This document shows, in pieces, positions 35,784 to 44,318 of a stretch of 64,000 nt of DNA. The stretch is from Patescibacteria group bacterium (GTDB lineage Bacteria > Patescibacteriota > Microgenomatia > UBA1400 > MFAQ01). The number at the start of each line of letters is the position of its first letter. Position 1 is the stretch's first letter. The stretch spans positions 8,590 through 72,589 of the forward strand of contig CALRDV010000003.1 of the NCBI GenBank assembly GCA_943355005.1, read 5' to 3'. The position numbers and the translations under genes were made by a program. The notes beneath the pieces are model-generated. The model made no database searches and had not been told where the DNA came from. It worked only from the letters and a program-made list of their open reading frames with translations.

Positions 35784-37346
35784 GTGAAAATCGAAGAATT
35801 AGTACGAAGAGACGCGGAAAAAGTCACTCCTGAGAATTTGGAGGAGTATCGCCGCGCCTGGGCAAAGGTAATTGGCCGGATGCCGAAGAACTCAGAAATT
35901 TGGCCCTTTATTGACGATGATGAGATAAAAGAGCTTTACAAGACCCGCAGTGTACGGACTGAGTCCGGGGTAGCTCCGTTTGCGGTCATGATGAAACCTC
36001 ATTATTGTCCCGGCAACTGTGTTTACTGTCCACTGGAAGAAGGAATGCCGAAATCTTATTTATCGGATGAGCCGGCGGCTCAGAGAGCCAAGAAATTGAA
36101 GTTTGATCCGTATTTGCAAGTAGAGATGAGAATTAAACAGATGGAAGAGACTGGGCACATCACTGACAAAATAGATTTGATAGTGATTGGGGGAACTTTT
36201 TCTGCTTATCCGGATGATTACAAGCTGGAATTTTTTAAGGGTATGTTTGATGGGGTAAATGGATTTGTTTCCGATACTTTGGAAGAAGCCCAAAAATATA
36301 ATGAGACGGGGAAAAGAAGAATCGTGGGAATTTCGGTAGAAACAAGACCTGACTGGGTGACAGAACAGGAGATAATTTTATGGCGAAAAATGGGTGTGAC
36401 CAAGGTACAGCTCGGAGTCCAAGCATTCGATGAAGAAATTTTGAAGAAAATTAATAGGGGACATAGTCTGGATGAAGTGGCCGAAGCGACCAGGATGTGT
36501 AGAAATGCGGGGGTGAAGATTTGCTATCACTTCATGCCAAACTTGCCGGGGAGCACACCGGAAAAAGATATTGAGATGGCGAAAATAATGTTTAATGATC
36601 CTAGATTTGAGCCTGATTATCTCAAAGTTTATCCGGCGATGGTAATTCCGACGACTGAGCTGCATAAGATGTGGGAAAGAGGCGAGTATCAGAGCTATGC
36701 CGATGAGGATTTGAAAAGAGTATTGAAAGAAGTAAAAAGATTGACCCCGCGATGGTGCCGGATAGATAGATTGGTCCGTGATATCAGTAAACAGTGGGTG
36801 AGTTCGGGAACCCTGAGAACCAACTTAAGACAAATTCTACAGGCCGAATTAAAGAAAGAGGGTAAAAAATGTCTGTGTATCCGGTGCAGAGAAGTCCGAG
36901 CGGGTGTCTATGATGCTGAAGTAAAACTACTGATAGATGAGAGAGAAACTTTGGGGGGACAAGAGCTTTTCTTGTCTTTTGAAAGTGAAGACAATTTATT
37001 TTCGATGTTGCGACTGCGACTTCCGGAGAAAGATGAAAAGATGCTATTTAAGGAGCTTGAGGGGGCAGCGATAGTGCGGGAAGTACATACGTATGGTCAA
37101 GTAAAAGGAATTACTGCTATGGATTCCGGGTCGGAGCCCGGAATGACAGACCTTCAAGGAGACTCCTTGAAGGGGGAAGAAAGTCAACATAGGGGACTAG
37201 GGAAGAGACTTTTGGTAAAGGCTGAAGAGATCGCCAAAGACAGAGGCTATAAAAAAATGGCGGTAATATCGGCAATAGGCACGAGAGAGTACTACAAGAA
37301 GCTGGGATACGAGCTGGAGGGGGAGTATGTGGTGAAGATGTTGTAG
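35784..37346 (+). CDS. elp3: Elp3-family radical SAM/GNAT tRNA wobble-uridine carboxymethyltransferase
   Basis: RTESGVAP, CPGNCVYCP, PKSY, GGTF, ETRPD, CLCIRCRE, REVHTYG, QHRGLG, SAIGTREYY. Confidence 0.93.
   Translation: MKIEELVRRDAEKVTPENLEEYRRAWAKVIGRMPKNSEIWPFIDDDEIKELYKTRSVRTESGVAPFAVMMKPHYCPGNCVYCPLEEGMPKSYLSDEPAAQRAKKLKFDPYLQVEMRIKQMEETGHITDKIDLIVIGGTFSAYPDDYKLEFFKGMFDGVNGFVSDTLEEAQKYNETGKRRIVGISVETRPDWVTEQEIILWRKMGVTKVQLGVQAFDEEILKKINRGHSLDEVAEATRMCRNAGVKICYHFMPNLPGSTPEKDIEMAKIMFNDPRFEPDYLKVYPAMVIPTTELHKMWERGEYQSYADEDLKRVLKEVKRLTPRWCRIDRLVRDISKQWVSSGTLRTNLRQILQAELKKEGKKCLCIRCREVRAGVYDAEVKLLIDERETLGGQELFLSFESEDNLFSMLRLRLPEKDEKMLFKELEGAAIVREVHTYGQVKGITAMDSGSEPGMTDLQGDSLKGEESQHRGLGKRLLVKAEEIAKDRGYKKMAVISAIGTREYYKKLGYELEGEYVVKML
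37121..37173 (+). repeat. Two adjacent palindromes inserted in frame in elp3
   Basis: GGATTCCGGGTCGGAGCCCGGAATGAC (family A) then CCTTCAAGGA-GAC-TCCTTGAAGG; encode DSGSEPGMTDLQGDSLK. Confidence 0.8.
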
Positions 37347-37392
37347 AATGTGGAAGTAGATTTGTAAATTTACATGTCAAAGAGGAGGTAGA

Positions 37393-37716
37393 ATGGGATT
37401 CACTTTTACTGATTCGGAATTGCACAAGTTAGCACAGAAGCCCTTTAGCTTTGAAAATTGGAATGCGTTTGAAGAGGCTTTCTCAAAGCACTCTGAATTT
37501 CCTGTCTGTTATAAATTGGCAATATTTGAACCTGGAACTGTGTATATATTGTCTGCTCCGCTGAAAATGATGTTGGATTTGCTCAATCGTGGTCTCGAGG
37601 GAGACGCTTTAGCAATTGAAAGAGTACTAAATCTTGTGAAAGCTGCGGCGAGCAGGCGTGGAATGGTTTCGATTTACGAATTTATCGAGGCTTTCCCGGG
37701 TTCGATTTTGGCTTAG
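37393..37716 (+). CDS. Hypothetical protein
   Basis: GAGGAGG RBS; terminator at about 37724-37748. Confidence 0.65.
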   Translation: MGFTFTDSELHKLAQKPFSFENWNAFEEAFSKHSEFPVCYKLAIFEPGTVYILSAPLKMMLDLLNRGLEGDALAIERVLNLVKAAASRRGMVSIYEFIEAFPGSILA

Positions 37717-37771
37717 TTTGTTTGCCAGGTGATATGCCTGGCTTTTTTGTGCCTAGAAGTGGTAATTTAGG

Positions 37772-37800
37772 TTGACATATAACCTATATTATGATATTAT
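37772..37800 (+). promoter_or_regulatory. Sigma70-type promoter
   Basis: TTGACA-17bp-TATTAT. Confidence 0.7.
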
Positions 37801-37841
37801 TCGAAATAATACGTTGATAATTTAATAATGACTAGGAGGGC

Positions 37842-38261
37842 ATGATGCCTTACGATCCCAAGATAGTGGAAGAAGTAAAGCGATTATTCCCGAATTGCTT
37901 TATCTGTGGAATTCCGTTTGAAGACAATGAATTTTCAGCTGTGCATTCGGGCACCGGGTACCATTTTGTATTAGTGCCGTCAGATGATCCTGGCGAAAAA
38001 TATCGGTATAAAACTACCTGCCCGCCTGATGGTCATCCGGAAATGATGGGAGTAACTTTTGCAATTGGAGAGTTTAAGCAATTTGGTTTTCGGTATTTTG
38101 CCGACGCTGTCAGAGTTCATCATCATTGTCATAAAAGAATACACGCGTTGGCACTTCAGCTTTGTAAGGAGAACATACCCGGCTTTAAAGGAAATGGAGT
38201 AACTGCTCATTTGCTGGCAGAGGCAACATTTAACTTCAAGTTCTATCGCAAAGTTAAATAG
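37842..38261 (+). CDS. Hypothetical Zn-binding, possibly HNH-like protein
   Basis: CFICG...H...VHHHCHKRIH; AGGAGG RBS. Confidence 0.55.
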   Translation: MMPYDPKIVEEVKRLFPNCFICGIPFEDNEFSAVHSGTGYHFVLVPSDDPGEKYRYKTTCPPDGHPEMMGVTFAIGEFKQFGFRYFADAVRVHHHCHKRIHALALQLCKENIPGFKGNGVTAHLLAEATFNFKFYRKVK

Positions 38262-38348
38262 TTTTATATACCGGGGGTATTACGCCTCCGGTTTTTTTGT
38301 GGGGTAAAATACTTACAAAGCACGTTTATACTTAGAAGGAGTTGAGAA

Positions 38349-38747
38349 ATGTTACAAAATATCTTTATTTATTTCAGAAATGCATTTCTGCTGGTATTTG
38401 TCTTGGGAGTTCTGATATCAATTTCTAATAATTTCTACACCCCTCCGTATTTCTTGGCAACTATTGTTCCCGTCTTTACTCTTTTTCTTCTGTACCTTCT
38501 TTTGGTTGCAGCTTCAGGTTTAGTTCTGAGTGTTGTTGTCGAAAATTGGAGTGAAATTGAGTTTGATTCTATATTGATGTTTTTGGTGATTTTAATTTTG
38601 AGCTGGTTGATAGGGATCATATTCCTTTCCATAATGGCATTTTTCCATTTGGTAGCACCAAATTTGGTATTTCCGGCATCCGTGGTAGTTACCTTGGTGT
38701 TTGTAGGAGTCTTATCCTTGTTGCCGTTAGAAAGGTTTTTGATTTAG
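38349..38747 (+). CDS. Hypothetical membrane protein (4 TM)
   Basis: Very hydrophobic; AAGGAG RBS; terminator at about 38756-38781. Confidence 0.65.
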   Translation: MLQNIFIYFRNAFLLVFVLGVLISISNNFYTPPYFLATIVPVFTLFLLYLLLVAASGLVLSVVVENWSEIEFDSILMFLVILILSWLIGIIFLSIMAFFHLVAPNLVFPASVVVTLVFVGVLSLLPLERFLI

Positions 38748-38813
38748 TGCTCATGCCGGGGGTTTTGACCTCCGGTTTTTTGTGGTTTGATTTTGTTGTA
38801 TCATCTATATAGT

Positions 38814-39434
38814 ATGAAAAAGAATATATTTGGTGGTGTAATCTCGGCAATTTTGTTCGGCATGGTTTTCTTCTTTCCAAAATCAGCTTCCGCTAATGAA
38901 GGTGTTGTGAATTTACGTGGCACGGGCACTTCTGGCTCTTGTTTTGCAGCTTCAGTTTTTATTGATGGAACATACAAAATTCTTATGACTTGCCGTGAAT
39001 TGAAGATTGCGTTATCTCCCGAGAAGAATAGATATGTTGCTTGGGTAGAGGACGATGGAGGTAAGCAAAAGAGGTTGGGTGAGATTGTAAACGGTAAGCT
39101 TTCTTCGATTACCGATATTAAGTTTGTAAGAATTTTTGTGACCGTAGAGACAGATAACTATGGCAACACACCTTCCGAAGATGTTCTTCTGACCGGTTTT
39201 GCCGAGCCAATTAACTTCGGTGCTGGAGTTGCTTCAGCTCCAATTGTGACTCCTACACCTACCCCAACTAGAGCCGGTGAGACGACTCCGACAATTACGG
39301 GGACTACCACGCAAGGTCAGTCAGGTTTGGGTAGTGCACTTTCTACGATTTTCAAGATTGCTTTACTTGGATTTGGAGTCTTACTACTTGTGGTTGGCGT
39401 GTTTAGTTTTATATCCAGACGCAGAAGCTTGTAA
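38814..39434 (+). CDS. Secreted or surface protein with a C-terminal TM anchor
   Basis: Signal peptide (ASA), TPTP linker, C-terminal TM followed by RRR. Confidence 0.7.
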   Translation: MKKNIFGGVISAILFGMVFFFPKSASANEGVVNLRGTGTSGSCFAASVFIDGTYKILMTCRELKIALSPEKNRYVAWVEDDGGKQKRLGEIVNGKLSSITDIKFVRIFVTVETDNYGNTPSEDVLLTGFAEPINFGAGVASAPIVTPTPTPTRAGETTPTITGTTTQGQSGLGSALSTIFKIALLGFGVLLLVVGVFSFISRRRSL

Positions 39435-39441
39435 AATTAGA

Positions 39442-40773
39442 ATGACACAAGATGTCTTAGAAATGCCCGGGATGGGTTTTGTCCACGAACCAATAAATGA
39501 AAAAGTTACAGTGTTCGATTCAGGAGGATATTTAATCGAAATCCCAAATAATTTTAAAGTAACTAAGATAGAAAATAGAAAATACTTAGTCGAAAACACT
39601 GAAAAGCATAGAGAATTTGATGTAGAGCTATCTCATTCTGATATGTGGATTGCGGGTGAAAATACTCCGGATGATGGCAATCCTGAGGCAGCTAAAATGA
39701 TAAACGAAGCAAGAAGAATCTTTGAGGACACAGTTAGGGATAGGTTGGCCGCCTCTCTGTTTTTAAGAATGAAGAAGTCTATTAAGGCCGCAAGTGAATA
39801 TGACATGGTTCTCGCTACCGATATAAATTTAAGGAATCCGGTTGATGGGATGGAAGATGAAATGGACTCTGAGCTTTGGCTTGATTCGTATGCAGAAGCA
39901 GATGGGTATTTCAAAGTTCTTCAAACAAAGAAAATACCCCTTAAACTGAATCAATACCAAATTGATGGGAAGCAAATCGTTAGTGTTTTTAGTGTAGGGG
40001 AGATAGATCTGGTCCCAGTAGGGATGGCGATTCAAATTATGGAGGAATATCAAGATCTTTTTGGCGTTGCTTTACCCGATCATTTAAAATTGATTAATTT
40101 TTATGATTTTGAAGAAAAATTAAAAATCGAAAGAAAATTGCCTTATTCTTTAGCAAGTTGTGCAAGAGAAATTTTGGGAATTAACGGAGAAGCAAATCAA
40201 AAAAAGGGAATTATCATGTTTGCACCATTAGGTCAAACTTCTGTAGAAAACGGTAAACCTATTTTGAGTAAAACATATTTATATCGAAATATGCGTCATG
40301 AAATGGCACATATTTTGGATATGTGCAGAAAAAATGCTAGCTTAAGTCAAGTTGAGGGTTTTGCGTGTATGTGTGAGTTGAGATTCAATTTTGAAAACGC
40401 AAAAAAATATTTAAGATCCGAAAGGGGGTACACAAATACTGTTACTGAAAATTTGCTTTTAGCTATTTTAAATGATCCAGGTACAGATAAATCAGAGAGT
40501 AAAATTGCGGAGAACTATGGAGTATCGGGAAGTTTTTTTTGCCATTTGTTTGAGAAGTTTGGCTCCGAAAAATTTTTGGATTTTTATGGACTAATTACCG
40601 GTACATTGGCCTTTAATGGCGAAAAACTTATTAATTATGATGATTCTCTTAGAAAGGTTGATTTAGATTTAACCAAAAATAATACGATTGAATCTCTAAA
40701 CTTTGTCTGCAAAGGTACCACCTTTGACTCTCAAAAATTAATTGAAGAGTTCTTGGCCAGGATTAACAATTAA
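39442..40773 (+). CDS. Hypothetical protein with an HExxH zinc-metallopeptidase-like motif
   Basis: RHEMAH...VEGFA (gluzincin-like spacing); start taken at MTQDV. Confidence 0.55.
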   Translation: MTQDVLEMPGMGFVHEPINEKVTVFDSGGYLIEIPNNFKVTKIENRKYLVENTEKHREFDVELSHSDMWIAGENTPDDGNPEAAKMINEARRIFEDTVRDRLAASLFLRMKKSIKAASEYDMVLATDINLRNPVDGMEDEMDSELWLDSYAEADGYFKVLQTKKIPLKLNQYQIDGKQIVSVFSVGEIDLVPVGMAIQIMEEYQDLFGVALPDHLKLINFYDFEEKLKIERKLPYSLASCAREILGINGEANQKKGIIMFAPLGQTSVENGKPILSKTYLYRNMRHEMAHILDMCRKNASLSQVEGFACMCELRFNFENAKKYLRSERGYTNTVTENLLLAILNDPGTDKSESKIAENYGVSGSFFCHLFEKFGSEKFLDFYGLITGTLAFNGEKLINYDDSLRKVDLDLTKNNTIESLNFVCKGTTFDSQKLIEEFLARINN

Positions 40774-40775
40774 GA

Positions 40776-41399
40776 TTAGGGGATGAGGATGCCTGCTAGG
40801 AAGCGGATGGGTGGGGTAATGATGGACATGATGGGAGCTTCACCGCCAAAGAAGGGGAATATTAAGAATAAGAGAATCAGCATGCCATAGCGATTCATAA
40901 TAGCTTGGAATTCGTAGGCTAAATCTCTGGGAAGGAGGCCGAAAATGATTTTTTGACCATCGAGAGGTCCGACAGGGATGAGATTGAAGATAGCTAGGCC
41001 GATATTCGTCAGGATTAGAGGGGTCAGAAAAACAGCAAACACGTATGGCGTGAATCGAATAAGAATAGAAACGGCGATGGCTAAGAGAAGGTTGCTGATC
41101 GGCCCGGCAATGGAGATGATGGCTGAGTCGCGTCTGGGGTTTTTGAGATTGTAGGGGTCAAAAGGAGTCGGTTTGCCCCAGCCATAGGCAAAACTGCCAC
41201 CGGACAACAAGAGAAGTCCGAGGGGGAGTAGGATGGTACCGACTGGGTCAATGTGGGCAATGGGATTTAGGGTCAGTCTGCCGGCAACTCTCGCGGTGGG
41301 GTCTCCCAGGCGGTCGGCGGCGAAAGCGTGGGCAAATTCATGGATACTGATGGCCACTACCAGGTAGATAACGTTTAATAGAAAGACAAAGAAAAGCAT
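40776..41399 (-). CDS. Site-2 protease (peptidase M50)
   Basis: HEFAH, GDPT...GRLTLNP..HID, AGP.SN, FNLIP..PLDG. Confidence 0.93.
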   Translation of the reverse strand: MLFFVFLLNVIYLVVAISIHEFAHAFAADRLGDPTARVAGRLTLNPIAHIDPVGTILLPLGLLLLSGGSFAYGWGKPTPFDPYNLKNPRRDSAIISIAGPISNLLLAIAVSILIRFTPYVFAVFLTPLILTNIGLAIFNLIPVGPLDGQKIIFGLLPRDLAYEFQAIMNRYGMLILLFLIFPFFGGEAPIMSIITPPIRFLAGILIP

Positions 41400-41460
41400 T
41401 GGTTTATTATACATATTTTGAGGTAGGCAAGGTAGGCTCATATGTGGTAAAATTTCAATC

Positions 41461-41685
41461 ATGGAAAAAGATAAATATGGCTGTGTAATTTGTGGTAAGG
41501 GTATTCAGCATGCCCATTTGGTTAGTTTCTCGAAACGTAAGATCAATCATATCCGCAGACCCAACCTTCACACACATCACTTGGTAATTGATTCTCAAAG
41601 GGTCAAGATTAAGGTTTGTACCACTTGCAAGAGATCTCTTAGGGTAGATGAGCGTGCAGCTCAATCAGCCTCAACGAATGCCTAA
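41461..41685 (+). CDS. rpmB: 50S ribosomal protein L28
   Basis: CVICGK....H.VSFS......RRPNL...KVCTTC. Confidence 0.85.
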   Translation: MEKDKYGCVICGKGIQHAHLVSFSKRKINHIRRPNLHTHHLVIDSQRVKIKVCTTCKRSLRVDERAAQSASTNA

Positions 41686-42334
41686 TCCAGTCGAATGGTC
41701 TAGAAATTGGTCTCCTAAGTTAAGTAATTTTTCTGGTGGAACAAGTTCTGCTGAGTCAAGTCGTGGTGGTAGTGTAGTCATTTCACGGTTTGGTGAATTT
41801 TCTTGTGACATTGGAAGCAGAGATGAGCTTATGGCAACATTCCCGGAAGAAGGACTTATATGTAGCTATACTGAGGATTGTAAATTAGCTTTCGTCTTGA
41901 TTGATTTAGCAATCTATTTTGAGAATTTTAGCGAAAAAGATTTCGATTTTATGGCTAAAAATGGAGCCGAGCTTGCCGGTGTAGTTCAGAGAGTGAGAGA
42001 TCTAAATCAAAATTTATATATGACAGTTTTTCCAGCATTGCAAATTGTAAGGACCGAGCTATGGCAAAAGAAAAAAATCATTAAGTATACTGAGTTTACC
42101 GATGATGCATTTAACGGTAGACTGCGCTTATTGAAGCTGGACGAATTCGAGTTGGCTTTTCGAGTAATTAAAAGTGGAGACGAGATGACGATAGGTTTGG
42201 GAGAAATTGAAGGTAAAAATGCGACTCTAATCCCGATATCGGTCAGTAACAAAGTGGATTATGTGTCGGAAATAACTTCAGGAGATACCCACAGATTTTC
42301 TAACTTAGCGGATAAAATCATACTTAATAGGTAG
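41678..42334 (+). CDS. Hypothetical protein
   Basis: Long ORF overlapping the rpmB stop. Confidence 0.6.
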   Translation: MPNPVEWSRNWSPKLSNFSGGTSSAESSRGGSVVISRFGEFSCDIGSRDELMATFPEEGLICSYTEDCKLAFVLIDLAIYFENFSEKDFDFMAKNGAELAGVVQRVRDLNQNLYMTVFPALQIVRTELWQKKKIIKYTEFTDDAFNGRLRLLKLDEFELAFRVIKSGDEMTIGLGEIEGKNATLIPISVSNKVDYVSEITSGDTHRFSNLADKIILNR

Positions 42335-42337
42335 CTT

Positions 42338-43228
42338 TTAGATTTTGTGGCCGGAGAGGAATTGTTTCCAGGTAGTTGGGTTCTTGCCGGGGATTTGAAC
42401 GGTGTCGATTATTAACTTATCGGAAACGAGAGAAGTTTTCAAAATTTTTATTTGTATAGCCCCGCCTTGGCGGGGGACAATTGTCGTCCAGGCGCCCGGT
42501 TCCGGATTGAGGGAGCGGATGAGAGCATGAACTTCTTTGGCATCAACTCCCTTAAGGGCGTTAAAAGTTTTCACGGAGGGGACCAGGGCAGAAGCGTGAG
42601 AAATTGTTTTGTGGCTTGGAGTAAAAGTGGCGAGGGATTCGTCTTGAGGCATAGAAGTGTAATTTTGAGCACAGATTTCGGGTAATTTATCTGTCAGAAG
42701 TTCTTCTGCAGCCTGAGTAAGTTTTGTGGTCAATTTTAGGACATCATCATTCATGTCGATAGTGACTTTTGCTTGAGAGATTATATTACCGTGGTCCAGT
42801 TTTTCATCCATTTCCATCAGTGTGACTCCGGTTTCTATGTCCATGTTTTTGATGGCTTCGGAGATACAAAGAGCGCCTCGATATTTGGGAAGTAAAGAAA
42901 AATGAATATTGAAAGTGCCTAGTGCGGGGGATTCGAGCCAAGTCTTGGGAACTATTTTGCCAAAAGAGACGAATAAGAAGATATCGGGTTTGAGGAGTCT
43001 GAGGTGAGCCAGATTGGCTTCATCCAGCTTATTGGGTTTGTAAATTGGTAAGTCGTAGTTACCGGCCATTTCAGAGACAGGGGAAGGAGTTAGGACTTGT
43101 TTGCGGCCTTGAGGTTTGTCCGGGGTGGTGACTACGCCAACCACATTTACCAATTTGGATTGTATGATTTTTTCCAGAATTTGGGCTGAGAAGTCGGGTG
43201 AGCCGAAGTAAATAAGATTTTTGAGCAT
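42338..43228 (-). CDS. fmt: Methionyl-tRNA formyltransferase
   Basis: YFGSPDF, VTTPDKPQGR, NIHFSLLPKYRGA, LDHG, IRSLNPEPGAW. Confidence 0.95.
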   Translation of the reverse strand: MLKNLIYFGSPDFSAQILEKIIQSKLVNVVGVVTTPDKPQGRKQVLTPSPVSEMAGNYDLPIYKPNKLDEANLAHLRLLKPDIFLFVSFGKIVPKTWLESPALGTFNIHFSLLPKYRGALCISEAIKNMDIETGVTLMEMDEKLDHGNIISQAKVTIDMNDDVLKLTTKLTQAAEELLTDKLPEICAQNYTSMPQDESLATFTPSHKTISHASALVPSVKTFNALKGVDAKEVHALIRSLNPEPGAWTTIVPRQGGAIQIKILKTSLVSDKLIIDTVQIPGKNPTTWKQFLSGHKI

Positions 43229-43248
43229 GGATATATTATATTTCGGAT

Positions 43249-43274
43249 GGATTCCCGATCAGGTCGGGAATGAC
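43249..43274 (+). repeat. Palindromic repeat family A
   Basis: GGATTCCCGATCAGGTCGGGAATGAC between def and fmt. Confidence 0.85.
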
Positions 43275-43286
43275 ATTTGTGTGTGT

Positions 43287-43823
43287 TTATATTTGGTCTA
43301 TGGGGGTGAGGCCGTCTTTGGTGTCTTTGAGAATTTGGCCTCCCTGTCTGAGAATGTGGTCGGTGAACAAGATTCCGTCCAAATGATCGTTCTCGTGCTG
43401 GACATAGGCAGACTCGGCGTCTTCGAATTTGCGATGACGTTTGACTAGTTCGCCGTTTTCAGGGGTGAGGTAATCCATCTCAATAGAGTAGGGTCTATCG
43501 ACGACGCCCCAGATACCAGGGAGAGATAAACAGCCTTCAAGCCAGCGGTCCTTTTTCTTGGTGTGAACTGTCGAGAACATCGCCTCGGATGCCTTTGTGA
43601 TGACTGGGTTGATAAAGATTTCCGGCTTACCATTAAGTAAGACGATAAAGAGACGGCGGTCTATGCCTACCTGGGTGGCTGCTAGGCCTACACCTTCAGG
43701 GTCTCTGGAAGCTTTGAGAGTCGAAATCATTTCACTAATCTGCTTTTCCAGCTTTTTGTCGAGCTTGAGCACAGGCTTAGCCACAAGGCGGAGGAATGGG
43801 TCGTGCGTAACGAGGATTTTCAT
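43287..43823 (-). CDS. def: Peptide deformylase
   Basis: GVGLAATQVG, EGCLSLP, QHENDHLDG. Confidence 0.96.
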   Translation of the reverse strand: MKILVTHDPFLRLVAKPVLKLDKKLEKQISEMISTLKASRDPEGVGLAATQVGIDRRLFIVLLNGKPEIFINPVITKASEAMFSTVHTKKKDRWLEGCLSLPGIWGVVDRPYSIEMDYLTPENGELVKRHRKFEDAESAYVQHENDHLDGILFTDHILRQGGQILKDTKDGLTPIDQI

Positions 43824-43896
43824 AAAGTCTATTTTACCATATGTAATTGACTTATAGTAATGCGTGTTTTATAATTTGAGTTGAACGTAAATTTAA

Positions 43897-44280
43897 ATGA
43901 GAAAGGTTGGTATCCAAATGCTAAGAGGATTTGTGCTCTACATGTACTACGCTCTTTCCTTAATTGGGGCGTTGTTGGTGAGTAGTTTTGCTGATGCCAC
44001 TAAACTGTACCCTTGGATGTTTTTGGCGGGTTTGGTTTGGCAAATATTGCCTGAAGTTCCGGTGATACTTAAGTTGGGGCGGTGGGTTACTTGGGATGAC
44101 AAATTTGTTTTGCAGGGGGCGGTTTTACTTAATCTGGTCACTTACTCCACAATTGGGGTTCTGTTTTACGTCTTGAAGATGTGGCCCGAACCTCTCGCGT
44201 CCCTGGGAATCTTGATTCCTTTTTTGTTTTGCTTTCAGGGAGCGTTCCGAAAAAGCTTTTTGGTTCCATATGTAGATTGA
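43897..44280 (+). CDS. Hypothetical membrane protein
   Basis: Four hydrophobic segments; terminator hairpin at about 44284-44310. Confidence 0.6.
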   Translation: MRKVGIQMLRGFVLYMYYALSLIGALLVSSFADATKLYPWMFLAGLVWQILPEVPVILKLGRWVTWDDKFVLQGAVLLNLVTYSTIGVLFYVLKMWPEPLASLGILIPFLFCFQGAFRKSFLVPYVD

Positions 44281-44318
44281 TACTTCCCACCTTAAAGGTG
44301 GGAAATTTTTTGCAAAAA

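Noticed and set aside
39277-39441. N-terminal extension of the 498-aa ORF
   Set aside because: Overlaps the upstream gene out of frame; the ATG at 39442 is more plausible
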